This document shows positions 23,519 to 32,000 of a stretch of DNA of 32,000 bases, in pieces. The translations under genes were made by a program, and so were the position numbers. Source of the stretch: Pseudoalteromonas translucida KMM 520 (GTDB lineage: Bacteria; Pseudomonadota; Gammaproteobacteria; Enterobacterales; Alteromonadaceae); NCBI RefSeq assembly GCF_001465295.1, contig NZ_CP011035.1, positions 360,001 through 392,000 on the forward strand, read 5' to 3'. The notes below the pieces were generated by a model. It saw only the letters and a program-made list of their open reading frames with translations. It ran no database searches and had not been told where the DNA came from. Position 1 is the first letter of the stretch, and each line of letters begins with the position of its first letter.

Positions 23519-25498
23519 ATGAACACCGCAAGTCGACAATTATTGCCTTTAAGTGCCGCAATTTTATTTACCTTTACAAATTATGCGCAAGCAAATAAAA
23601 CAAACGATGATATGGAAGTGATGGTGGTCACTGCATCAGGGTATGAGCAGCTAATTAAAAATGCTCCTGCATCTATTAGTGTGATTGATAGAGAAGAGTT
23701 AGCGAGTCGTTTTTACCGTGATTTAACCGACGCTATGACAGACGTGCCAGGCGTTATAGTGACTGGCGGTGGCGACAGAAAAGATATTAGCTTACGTGGC
23801 ATGGCTAATGGCTATACATTAATATTGATAGATGGCCAACGACAAACATCGCGTGAAACACGGCCAAACAGCGATGGCCCAGGCGTTGAGGGAGCATGGA
23901 CACCGCCTATTGGGGCCATTGAACGTATAGAAGTTATTCGCGGTCCAATGTCATCTTTATATGGCTCTGATGCGATAGGCGGGGTAATCAATATAATTAC
24001 TCGTAAAACACCTGAGCAGTGGTACGGCGAGGTGCGTTTAGATAGTACGATTCAACAAAGTAATGAGTCTGGGAACATTAACCAAGCTAACTTTTTTACA
24101 GCGGGCTCATTAGTTGATGAACTACTTGGAATACAGCTATACGGGCAATTTACAAAACGCGATGAAGATGACCTAGTAGCTGGTTTTAGAGGCAAAGAGC
24201 AAAATAATCTTAAAGCTAAGTTTATAGTAACACCTAATAAAAATCACGAGGTTACATTAGAGCTCGGTCGTGCTGAACAAACGTTAGATGCGACTGTGGG
24301 TAAAACAATTGCGCCACTTGCTCCAGAGGAAAAGTGTGGCCGCAGTGGTTGCCCTGAATCAACAACTACACAATACGAGCAAAAAACCATCTCGGTAAGC
24401 CATAATGGTTATTATGACTTTGGTAGTTCTAATAGCTATATAAAGTACGATGAATACAATAATAAATCACGTGAAATGCTTATTAAAAATACAGATGCAC
24501 AAACGATGTGGAGTATTCCGCTTGCGAGTGAGCATAATGCGACATTGGGCGCTTCCTATAAAAAAGAAGATTTAACCGATCATACCAGCAACAAATTAAG
24601 TGATGTATCGCAAATAGATAACGAGCAATGGTCTATATTTAGCGAAGATGAATGGCGAACCAGCGAGTTTTTTGCATTAACCGGCGGTATTCGATACGAC
24701 CATGATGGTAGCTTTGGCGGCCATATTAGCCCACGTTTATATGGTGTGCTTAATGCGAGCGATAATTTAACCGTTAAAGGAGGTGTATCTACCGGTTTTA
24801 AAGCACCTAGTTTACGAGCAACTACGCCAGAATGGGGGCAGGTTAGTCGCGGCGGTAATATATACGGTAATGCGAATTTAGCGCCTGAAAAATCAATAAA
24901 TTATGAAGTAGGTGTTTATTACGATAAAGGTGAAAAGTTCAGTACCTCGGCCACTGTTTTCTATAATCAGTTTGACGATAAAATATCACGTATAGCTTGC
25001 CCATTAACTCAATGCACCGACGGTCCAAATGAATTTGGTTCAGACCCAACAACCTACGTAAATGTAGATGAAGCAGTAACACAAGGGTTTGAGCTATCAG
25101 CATCGTTTAAACTAAGCAGTAAAGTAAGTGCAAGCGCTAATTATACTTACACCGAATCGGAGCAAAAAACGGGCACTTATGCAGGAAGCCCATTAAATCA
25201 ATTACCAACACACTTACTGCAAACCTCTGTTAATTGGGTTTTAAGCGATGCATTTAGTGCATGGGCACGTATGCACTATCGCGGGGAAGAAAGCCAACCT
25301 ACAACTGGGCCATCGCAAAGTAGCTTAATTGCTCCAAGCTATACCACAGCAGATTTAGGTGCAAACTATCAATTAAGTAACAACATTAAATTAGGCGTGG
25401 GAGTTTATAACTTATTTGATAAAGAAATTAGCGAAGTAGAGTATGGTTATGTAGAAGACGGACGTCGTTATTGGGCTTCTTTAGCATGGCAATTTTAA
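23519..25498 (+). CDS. TonB-dependent receptor (siderophore/catecholate-receptor-like)
   Basis: Signal peptide MNTASRQLLPLSAAILFTFTNYAQA. TonB box DDMEVMVVTA. Plug motifs: ISLRGM, LIDGQRQ, IERIEVIRGPMSSLYGSDAIGGVINIIT. C-terminal aromatic residue (AWQF). Start moved from the TTG at 23441 to the ATG at 23519. Confidence 0.9.
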   Translation: MNTASRQLLPLSAAILFTFTNYAQANKTNDDMEVMVVTASGYEQLIKNAPASISVIDREELASRFYRDLTDAMTDVPGVIVTGGGDRKDISLRGMANGYTLILIDGQRQTSRETRPNSDGPGVEGAWTPPIGAIERIEVIRGPMSSLYGSDAIGGVINIITRKTPEQWYGEVRLDSTIQQSNESGNINQANFFTAGSLVDELLGIQLYGQFTKRDEDDLVAGFRGKEQNNLKAKFIVTPNKNHEVTLELGRAEQTLDATVGKTIAPLAPEEKCGRSGCPESTTTQYEQKTISVSHNGYYDFGSSNSYIKYDEYNNKSREMLIKNTDAQTMWSIPLASEHNATLGASYKKEDLTDHTSNKLSDVSQIDNEQWSIFSEDEWRTSEFFALTGGIRYDHDGSFGGHISPRLYGVLNASDNLTVKGGVSTGFKAPSLRATTPEWGQVSRGGNIYGNANLAPEKSINYEVGVYYDKGEKFSTSATVFYNQFDDKISRIACPLTQCTDGPNEFGSDPTTYVNVDEAVTQGFELSASFKLSSKVSASANYTYTESEQKTGTYAGSPLNQLPTHLLQTSVNWVLSDAFSAWARMHYRGEESQPTTGPSQSSLIAPSYTTADLGANYQLSNNIKLGVGVYNLFDKEISEVEYGYVEDGRRYWASLAWQF

Positions 25499-25536
25499 GT
25501 ACTTTAATTAGCTATTTAATGACTTCTTTTTAAAAA

Positions 25537-25575
25537 AATAAATAATGGCTATATACTAAATAGCCATTATTTATT
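25537..25575 (+). terminator. Hairpin terminator after the receptor gene
   Basis: AATAAATAATGGCTAT (25537-25552) and ATAGCCATTATTTATT (25560-25575) form a 16-bp perfect stem with a 7-nt loop. The 3' arm is U-rich. Confidence 0.6.
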
Positions 25576-25856
25576 GTAGTTAGGCATCAATTTTATTGCA
25601 GTAAATGCAGCCAGTATTAAAGTTTGTTTAAAAAAACTGATAAATTATAAAATGCGGTTGGCTTTTACGCTTGAGTCGCTTATTCTAGGCACATATATGT
25701 AGCTGCTTAGTTGACACTTAAATGTTATTACTGCTTGCTATTACTCTATAACCGCACTTAATCCGCAAAGGTAACACCTCGTTTGAACCACCTAGACAAC
25801 CATAACCAAGTTAATAAAATAAATGTTATTAGCACCTTTTATTTAGCAGAAAACCT

Positions 25857-26714
25857 GTGAAAATACCTAAACGCCTACAACCGCTAGTTGATGATGGTTT
25901 AATTGATGACGTACTCAGCAGGCTTATGAGCGGTAAAGAAGCCGATGTTTTTGTAGTGCAGTGTGGCGATCATATTCGCTGCGCTAAAGTTTATAAAGAA
26001 GCCAGTAAACGTAGTTTTAAAAAAGCCGCACAATATCAAGAAGGCCGTAAAGTTCGTGGTGGGCGCCAAGCGCGTGCTATGGGTAAACGCTCAAGTTATG
26101 GTCGCCAATTAGAAGAAGAAATTTGGCAAAATGCCGAAGTTGATGCGCTATCACGTTTAGCGAGTGCCGGTGTACGTGTACCCGACACCTACGGCTGTAT
26201 TGATGGTGTGTTGCTAATGGAGCTTGTGTGCGATGACAGCGGCGACGTTGCCCCGCAGTTAGGTAATGTAGCTCTTAGTGAAGAAGAGGCGATTAGGCAG
26301 CATAGCTTAATGATGCATTACATTAAATTAATGTTGTGTGCGGGTATCATCCACGGTGACTTATCAGAATTTAATGTATTGGTTGACAGCAAAGGCCCTG
26401 TAATTATCGACTTACCGCAAGCGGTTAATGCCGCAGCGAATAATAGCGCCGAAGCAATGTTTGCTCGCGATGTTAATAATATGCGCCGTTATTACGGCGA
26501 ATATGCACCGGCTTTATTGCAAACTCAATACGCCAAAGAAATGTGGGCATTATTTTCTGAGGCAAACTTAACGCCTAACTCCACTTTAACAGGTGAATTT
26601 GAAGATAACAGTGAAGCCGCTGATGTTGATGCAATACTTGAAGAAATTGAAGCTGCTCGTGAAGAAGAGCTGGAGCGCTTAGACCGTATTCGAGACGTTG
26701 ACGAAGATGCTTAA
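25857..26714 (+). CDS. RIO-type atypical serine protein kinase (bacterial RIO1-like family)
   Basis: RIO motifs: SGKEADVF (P-loop-like), catalytic IIHGDLSEFNVLV, metal-binding IIDLPQAV. Highly acidic C-terminal tail (EEIEAAREEELERLDRIRDVDEDA). GTG start with a weak RBS. Confidence 0.8.
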   Translation: MKIPKRLQPLVDDGLIDDVLSRLMSGKEADVFVVQCGDHIRCAKVYKEASKRSFKKAAQYQEGRKVRGGRQARAMGKRSSYGRQLEEEIWQNAEVDALSRLASAGVRVPDTYGCIDGVLLMELVCDDSGDVAPQLGNVALSEEEAIRQHSLMMHYIKLMLCAGIIHGDLSEFNVLVDSKGPVIIDLPQAVNAAANNSAEAMFARDVNNMRRYYGEYAPALLQTQYAKEMWALFSEANLTPNSTLTGEFEDNSEAADVDAILEEIEAAREEELERLDRIRDVDEDA

Positions 26715-26732
26715 ACTTAATTAAATTAAGCT

Positions 26733-26760
26733 GATGTCTAGCGTGTAGTAGCTAGACATC
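26733..26760. terminator. Hairpin between the convergent kinase and sulfotransferase genes
   Basis: GATGTCTAGC (26733-26742) and GCTAGACATC (26751-26760) form a 10-bp stem with an 8-nt loop. There is no strong T-tract on the plus strand and a moderately T-rich one on the minus strand. Confidence 0.45.
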
Positions 26761-26876
26761 AAACCGTTGCAGTTAAATTCAATAAAACAAAGGTTAACTT
26801 AATCGCGGCCTGAGCCCGTATAAAGCAAATGTTTTTTGTTTTAACGCTTTCTCTTTCACCTTGAGTAATTTAGCTG

Positions 26877-28463
26877 TTATTTCACTCCTATTCCCTGCGC
26901 TTTAAAGTACTGCTGTATTTCATTTGTATGTGGTTTAAATGCACGCCAGCGGCCAATGGCTTTGTTGTTGAGTGGTTGGCGAACCTGCACTTTACTGGCG
27001 GTAGAAACCGGCGCTGTATTTAAATGAAAATCAATACACTGCGGTTGCCACGCTAAATCACAAAACTTAACTAAATCTTTAATTTGCGCTTCGGGCTGCG
27101 CTACTAATTCCTCGTACTGAACTAATTTTATTGTATTTTTATGCAAACTTTGAAAATGCTGCATTAGTTTATAAAAACGGCTATAAAATTTAGCGGTATC
27201 AAGTAAGTCTAACGAATAAGCGTAATAAGGGTTATTAATACTAAATAGTTGGCGATAGTTACCAATACAGGTGTCCATTGGATCGCGTAGCAGGCAAATT
27301 ATTTTTGCATTAGGTAATGCTTTAGTTATTAAATCAATATAAAAAAAGTTAAAAGGGAGTTTATCAATAAAGTGTTTACTATTGCCTGTAACTACGCGGG
27401 TAGCATTTAAGTAATGAGTACCAAGTTGCTCAAAGTTCATTTGATAAGCGCTACTCAGGGTTTGGTTATCAAGCACGTGCGGCGAGGTAGTTTGGCTTAT
27501 TTTTTTAACACACAGGCCAAAGTCTTGCAGTTCGCCTGCAGATTGCACGTCGCTGTGGCTTGATAAAATACGCTCTACTAAGGTGGTGCCAGAGCGCGGC
27601 ATACCTAAAACAAAAATAGGCTCCTTGCTTGGGTTACCTGAGGCGTTTAGCTTGTTGTGCTCAAGGCTTAACTTTTTAATATGTGCAAATAAAGCCGCAG
27701 ATCCCTCGTTATCAAATGGGCTGTTTTTAAGTTTATCGGCTTTACCTTGTTGCAGTGCTATAAAAGCATCCGAAAATGCGCCAATATCTTGATATTCTTT
27801 TGCTAATGCATGGCCAATATGTAGTTTTGCATCGGGGTGAGTAACCTGTTCTGCAACCGTTTTTAAGCGCTTAATATGGTTAGTTTGCGTGCTTGCTTTA
27901 GTTAAATCGCTCAATGCAAAGTGGCTTTGGTGATGTAATGGTTTTAGAGTAATAGCACTTTCAAACGCATCTTGAGCTTGCTCAAAAAGGCCTAAAAATT
28001 TAGCGCAAACACCAAAGTTATAAAAAAACTGTGCTTGTGGAGTTTGTTTGTTATTTGAAAGCGTTAACGCGCATTCAAAGTAATTTATTGCTTGTTCGTG
28101 TAAACCCGCTTGTGTGAGTGCAACGCCTAAAGTGTCTGCATCCAGCGCTTTAGTTATTTTGCTAAGTGCAACACTTAATGCGGTTGTTTTGGCTTTTTGT
28201 AGTTGCCCTGTTAGCGCGTAGCATTTTGCCAGTTGCGCTGTGTATTCAACACTTTCTTTCAAACCTTGCGCTTTTTCAATCAGCTGAATGGCTTTGTAAA
28301 TTTGGCCCACTTGCAGGTTTACCATAGCTAATAAAAAATAGCCGTCTGCAAAGTCTGGTTTTTGGGTAACAAGTTCAACTAAAGCTTTATGCGCTTGTTG
28401 CGCATCACCTTGGTTTAAGTAATTTATGGCACTTTGATGTAACTGTTTTAGGCTAGGGGGCAT
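26877..28463 (-). CDS. TPR-repeat-containing sulfotransferase family protein
   Basis: The N-terminal ~260 aa carry TPR-like A/Y/F-rich helical repeats. The C-terminal half has the PAPS 5'-phosphosulfate-binding loop (GMPRSGTTLVERILSSH) and a 3'-phosphate-binding-type LLRDPMDTCIGNY. Confidence 0.85.
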   Translation of the reverse strand: MPPSLKQLHQSAINYLNQGDAQQAHKALVELVTQKPDFADGYFLLAMVNLQVGQIYKAIQLIEKAQGLKESVEYTAQLAKCYALTGQLQKAKTTALSVALSKITKALDADTLGVALTQAGLHEQAINYFECALTLSNNKQTPQAQFFYNFGVCAKFLGLFEQAQDAFESAITLKPLHHQSHFALSDLTKASTQTNHIKRLKTVAEQVTHPDAKLHIGHALAKEYQDIGAFSDAFIALQQGKADKLKNSPFDNEGSAALFAHIKKLSLEHNKLNASGNPSKEPIFVLGMPRSGTTLVERILSSHSDVQSAGELQDFGLCVKKISQTTSPHVLDNQTLSSAYQMNFEQLGTHYLNATRVVTGNSKHFIDKLPFNFFYIDLITKALPNAKIICLLRDPMDTCIGNYRQLFSINNPYYAYSLDLLDTAKFYSRFYKLMQHFQSLHKNTIKLVQYEELVAQPEAQIKDLVKFCDLAWQPQCIDFHLNTAPVSTASKVQVRQPLNNKAIGRWRAFKPHTNEIQQYFKAQGIGVK

Positions 28464-28476
28464 AGTTATAGTTAGC

Positions 28477-28514
28477 TCGTATAAATAAAAAGGCTCAAAT
28501 AAATTTGAGCCTTT
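28477..28514 (-). terminator. Intrinsic terminator after the TonB-dependent receptor gene
   Basis: AAAGGCTCAAA (28489-28499) and TTTGAGCCTTT (28504-28514) form an 11-bp perfect stem with loop TAAA. On the minus strand it is followed by TTTTATTTAT. Confidence 0.7.
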
Positions 28515-28551
28515 ATGACATAGATTAAGTACAGTTTAAATGTAATTTAAA

Positions 28552-30969
28552 TTATATTTCAAACTTGTAGTTAAATTTAATGCCTACCGTAAGAGGGCGG
28601 TTAATGTAATGGCCATAGTTACGTTGTATTTCTGCGCCATTAGCACTTGTAATATCGGCATCTGAGCGACGTACCGAGGTAACAGCATATTTATTAAACA
28701 TATTATCAACATACAATGTAGTTGACCACGCATCTGCTGTTAACTTAGCTGAAATATTACTTAAGCTGTAACCTGGTAGTACTTCACCGTTATCACGTAA
28801 ACCAACTTTGGAAATAACGTCACTTTGCGCAGTTAAGCCGTAGTTTATATCTAATGTTTTGTCGTTAAACACGTCAGTTTGGTAATTAATACCTAATGAA
28901 AACTGATGCTCTGGCGAACCAGGTAGGCGATCGCCATCTGCAGCGCCATCACTCCCGTCAGCGTTAAACAAAAATGGTGCATCTGATGTTAGCTCAGCTT
29001 TAGTGTAAGCGTATGTTGCGTAGGCGCTAAACGAGTTTGATAAAATAGCGCGAGTAGCAATTTCAATGCCTTTTGCGTTAGCGCTGCCAGCGTTTGAAAG
29101 GTAAGGCAGTTGGCCTACCGCGGTTGCTCCAGTAATTTGTGCATTGTCCCAATCTACGTTAAAGAGTGCAGCGTTAAAGTGTAACTGACTTCTAAACCAT
29201 GTACTTTTAAAGCCAAGCTCGTAGTTGGTCGTTATATCGGCATCAAATAGCATTTCATCTGGTTTACCACAGCCTGTTTGTTGATCCTCAGGAAGTGGAT
29301 CAGGGCACGGAACCAAGCCATTTGAACCACCGATTCTAAAGCCTTCACTTACTGTTACATAGCCCATTACGGTGTCATTAAATTGATACTTAGCGTTAAA
29401 TTTTAATAAATTACCGTTATCACTTGCTGCATTTTCTTCAAAGTTAATAGCGATATCGTTAGGGCCGGCACCATCATATAATGTATTTGCTAACGGAAAG
29501 TCAAAAGCGGCTTTAGACTTTACATCGTATTCGTAAAATCGTACACCAAGCGTTATATCTAGTTTGTCGGTTACTTGGTAACCAACTTCACCAAAAAGAG
29601 CGGACTCTGTTACTTTGCTGCTCGTTATTTCTAGGTACTCTAGTGCGTCAGGTCTAAGTTGAGTTGCGTCAAAGTTATCAACCGCAAACTGATCAAAGCC
29701 TGGTGTAAATTCTCTGCTTGATGCATCTGTGTCTTTTTTATTATAAAAACCACCTACTATCCAACTCAAATCGCTATCACCTTGTGATACTAAACGCAGC
29801 TCTTGGGTAAAGGTGTCTACTTCATCAGTTTCGCGGGTAAATGTTGAAAATGCTGGAAACTCTTCGTAGCCATAATCAAGACGGATCAGTAAATCGGTTT
29901 GGTCGCGTTGACCTTCAGCTTCAAAGCTTGATATACCGGTAGCCGATACTAACTCTGCAAAGCCTAAGTCAGCTTTGAGTTCTAGGCTAAGTAATTGATC
30001 TTCTTTTTCACGTGGCTCTTCGTAACGATACGCTGACTCGTACTTACCAATTATATCGCTTAAGCCATTGTTTGCATTTAAGCTGTTGCTATGAACAATT
30101 GAACGACCTTCGCTTTCTTGTTTTTGATAAAAATAGTTAAGCGTACCTTCAAAAGACTCACTCGCTTTATAACGAACTGATATACGCCCTGTAGTGGTGG
30201 TTTCGCCGTTGGCATCTTTTACTTGTTTAAGGTTGTTGTTAACGGCATCAGTATTGCTCCAATCAGGATCGCTAAGCGATACTCCCGGCTCACGAACAAC
30301 ATAATTGTAATCTACAAAACCCGGATCTTTATATAGGTTTAAGCTAGTACGTATAGCAAGTTTATCTTCAATAATTGGTAAGTTGAAAATAAAGCCACCT
30401 TCACCACCTACTGAGTCACTTTCTTGGGTTTGGAAAACATCACCGTAAATTTCGCCTGAGGTAAAATCAAGCTCTGGCGCTTTTAGCATGTAACGAATGG
30501 CGCCGCCTAATGTACCTGCGCCATATAATGTACCTTGTGGTCCAATAAGTACTTCTACGCGCTCAATATCAACGAGGCGCATATCAACACTTACCGGAAT
30601 TTCGTTGATATAAGTTGCGACAGTGCCGCCATCTGACGCTGGACCCGATGAGTTAGTATTTAAACCACGTACAATAATAGGTGAACCTTCGCGGCCACCT
30701 TGGTCAGTAATTGTTAAACCAGGAACCCAGCGTGCTACATCGGCAAGTTCACTAATGTTTTGATCTTTCATTACATCAGCGTCAAGCGCGGTTATATTAA
30801 GTGGTGCTGCTTGCACAGAGCCGCTGCGTCGTGTTGCCGTAACCTCTATAACTTCAAGTGATTTGTTTTTTGTAACCACTTGTTCTTGAGCTGAAGCGGT
30901 ATTAGAGAATAAAACCACACTCGAAAGTGTGCTTGAAATAGCCAAGGTTAACAGGCTTGGTTTAAACAT
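28552..30969 (-). CDS. TonB-dependent receptor
   Basis: Signal peptide MFKPSLLTLAISSTLSSVVLFSNTASAQ. TonB box SLEVIEVTA. Plug motifs: IIVRGLN, IERVEVLIGPQGTLYGAGTLGGAIRYM. About 600 aa of beta-barrel with alternating pattern. Confidence 0.9.
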   Translation of the reverse strand: MFKPSLLTLAISSTLSSVVLFSNTASAQEQVVTKNKSLEVIEVTATRRSGSVQAAPLNITALDADVMKDQNISELADVARWVPGLTITDQGGREGSPIIVRGLNTNSSGPASDGGTVATYINEIPVSVDMRLVDIERVEVLIGPQGTLYGAGTLGGAIRYMLKAPELDFTSGEIYGDVFQTQESDSVGGEGGFIFNLPIIEDKLAIRTSLNLYKDPGFVDYNYVVREPGVSLSDPDWSNTDAVNNNLKQVKDANGETTTTGRISVRYKASESFEGTLNYFYQKQESEGRSIVHSNSLNANNGLSDIIGKYESAYRYEEPREKEDQLLSLELKADLGFAELVSATGISSFEAEGQRDQTDLLIRLDYGYEEFPAFSTFTRETDEVDTFTQELRLVSQGDSDLSWIVGGFYNKKDTDASSREFTPGFDQFAVDNFDATQLRPDALEYLEITSSKVTESALFGEVGYQVTDKLDITLGVRFYEYDVKSKAAFDFPLANTLYDGAGPNDIAINFEENAASDNGNLLKFNAKYQFNDTVMGYVTVSEGFRIGGSNGLVPCPDPLPEDQQTGCGKPDEMLFDADITTNYELGFKSTWFRSQLHFNAALFNVDWDNAQITGATAVGQLPYLSNAGSANAKGIEIATRAILSNSFSAYATYAYTKAELTSDAPFLFNADGSDGAADGDRLPGSPEHQFSLGINYQTDVFNDKTLDINYGLTAQSDVISKVGLRDNGEVLPGYSLSNISAKLTADAWSTTLYVDNMFNKYAVTSVRRSDADITSANGAEIQRNYGHYINRPLTVGIKFNYKFEI

Positions 30970-31648
30970 AAAAAATGATCCTAATGCAATTAGTTATAAT
31001 GAGTAAGTAAGGATTTTAGTTTATCAGGGTGGAATACATCTGGGAATAAAAATATGAATTATAATTCACTTTTATAGAATAAATATCAAATCTAAGTTTG
31101 TTTAGATTAATAAATAACCATTGGTAACAGTTGCTTGCTTAAAAAGCATTCAGCGTGCTCTTACAGCTTAGTTGTTAAAAGCTAAACAGTAGTAAAATTT
31201 ATAGCAAGATGCTGAGTAGCAAGTGGCATTACACTGATGAGCAAAACTGTTATGCATTTAAATGCAGGTAAAGGGTTAAAGTAACAAGTATAAATGATAC
31301 AAAAACATGGCCGTTTTCATTAGAAAATTAAAGCCACTAGAGGTTAGGGCATATTTATCTTTTGAAGTTGTAGCAGTGCGTTTGGTTTTTAGGTTAGGCA
31401 GAGCCTATGTAATGTGGGTATTCATCATAAGTAGGCGATAACGACGCATAAATGCCAAACACGCGCTGCCCGAAGGGTTATATCTAGGGGAGTAACTTTT
31501 CCTGCATGGATGTAAGCCAGTAAACTAAAGCAGGAGCAGTTATCGAGCCCATTAGCTTACAAATTTCGCGCCGGGATTAAATTGCCCCTAAATTGAACAA
31601 ATATTAATCCCTAAGGTTAATACGGCCTACTGACTTAATGAGGATAGA

Positions 31649-32000
31649 TTAACTGCTGCTTTGTGGTTTTGAGGTTGAACTGCCAACAGAAGCAATAATT
31701 ACCAGTAATATTGCCAGCCACTGCCAAATAGACAATAGTTCGCCTAATATGAGTAATCCGGCTAATGCTGCAATTGCGGGCTCTAAGCTCATCATAATAC
31801 TAAAGCCTTGCGACGACATATTACGCAAAGTGATCATTTCTAGGGTATACGGCAGGGCGCTTGAGAGTATTGCAATAGCAATACCTAACGGAATAATATC
31901 CCAACTGAATGAAGAGGCTTGCAAAATTCCGCCATAGGGCACAAGTACAATGGCCGAAATAGTCATACCCATAGCCACAGTTGCACCACCAGATCCTTGA
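31649..32000 (-). CDS. EamA/DMT family transporter, C-terminal part (N-terminus beyond the right edge)
   Basis: C-terminal EamA repeat pattern: ALPYTLEMITLRNMSSQGFSIMMSLEPAIAALAGLLILGELLS. The frame stays open upstream of the track start (a GTG at 31978) through position 32000. Confidence 0.75.
   Translation of the reverse strand, partial: QGSGGATVAMGMTISAIVLVPYGGILQASSFSWDIIPLGIAIAILSSALPYTLEMITLRNMSSQGFSIMMSLEPAIAALAGLLILGELLSIWQWLAILLVIIASVGSSTSKPQSSS

Noticed and set aside
30970-31400. Cobalamin or other known riboswitch in the long leader of the TonB-dependent receptor at 28552..30969.
   Set aside because: I could not find a B12 box or any other riboswitch core motif on the minus strand. 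Only AGTGGC-type fragments are present.
1076-31937. Short ORFs lying antisense to or inside longer motif-bearing genes: 1076..1306, 1492..1704, 3031..3243, 3442..3627, 6053..6409, 6617..6841, 6757..6975, 7500..7859, 8630..8818, 12893..13078, 13342..13572, 17054..17356, 17885..18109, 18856..19098, 20333..20557, 20987..21343, 22019..22297, 27583..27792, 31749..31937.
   Set aside because: Each overlaps, on the opposite strand, a longer ORF with clear family motifs. Their translations are low-complexity or Cys/Ser/Leu-rich, with no RBS and no recognisable motif. These are typical shadow ORFs.
1-32000. CRISPR arrays, tRNA/rRNA genes, prophage, integrase, transposase or classical defence-system genes.
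   Set aside because: None seen. There are no short regularly spaced repeats, no tRNA-like T-loop motifs, and no recombinase, nuclease or ATPase ORFs. The window reads as core chromosome apart from the items listed under findings.

Overview
This looks like a chromosomal 32 kb segment of an AT-rich marine gammaproteobacterium. Gene content suggests Alteromonadales or Pseudoalteromonas-like, but that is inference only. I support 24 CDSs, two of them truncated at the window edges:
- three TonB-dependent receptors
- two S9 serine peptidases
- a hemerythrin-domain protein
- a ThrE-family exporter
- a GT-B glycosyltransferase
- LysE and EamA exporters
- a GAF-PAS-GGDEF-EAL protein
- a LysR regulator
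- a bacterial RIO-type kinase
- a TPR-sulfotransferase
- a DUF4282-like small membrane protein
- a small DoxX-like membrane protein
- an eight-gene operon (11542-19471)

I saw no rRNA, tRNA, CRISPR array, transposase, integrase or phage genes.

The best candidate for an undescribed system is the operon at 11542-19471. Its eight genes are translationally coupled and every product carries a Sec or lipoprotein signal. The products are lipoproteins and periplasmic proteins built from repeated LPP20/FlgP-like modules, plus FlgT-like and CsgG/LpoB/FlgO-like proteins. A dedicated MltC-type lytic transglycosylase sits inside the operon. There is no ATPase, no cytoplasmic component and no polytopic membrane component. 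I read it as a possible non-flagellar periplasmic or outer-membrane ring or scaffold machine.

Secondary observations:
- A 2.1-copy tandem repeat of about 283 bp covers the 3' end of the peptidase gene at 7423-9894. Its copies differ almost only at synonymous sites, which suggests a recombination or integration footprint.
- A 266-bp MITE-like, highly structured element lies at 5495-5760.
- An orphan intrinsic terminator suggests an sRNA or leader near 727-757.
- A G+C-rich structured patch sits in the 680-bp intergenic region near 31370-31600.
- A Fur-box-like site precedes one TonB-dependent receptor.

All functional calls come from motif recognition by eye. No database search was run.
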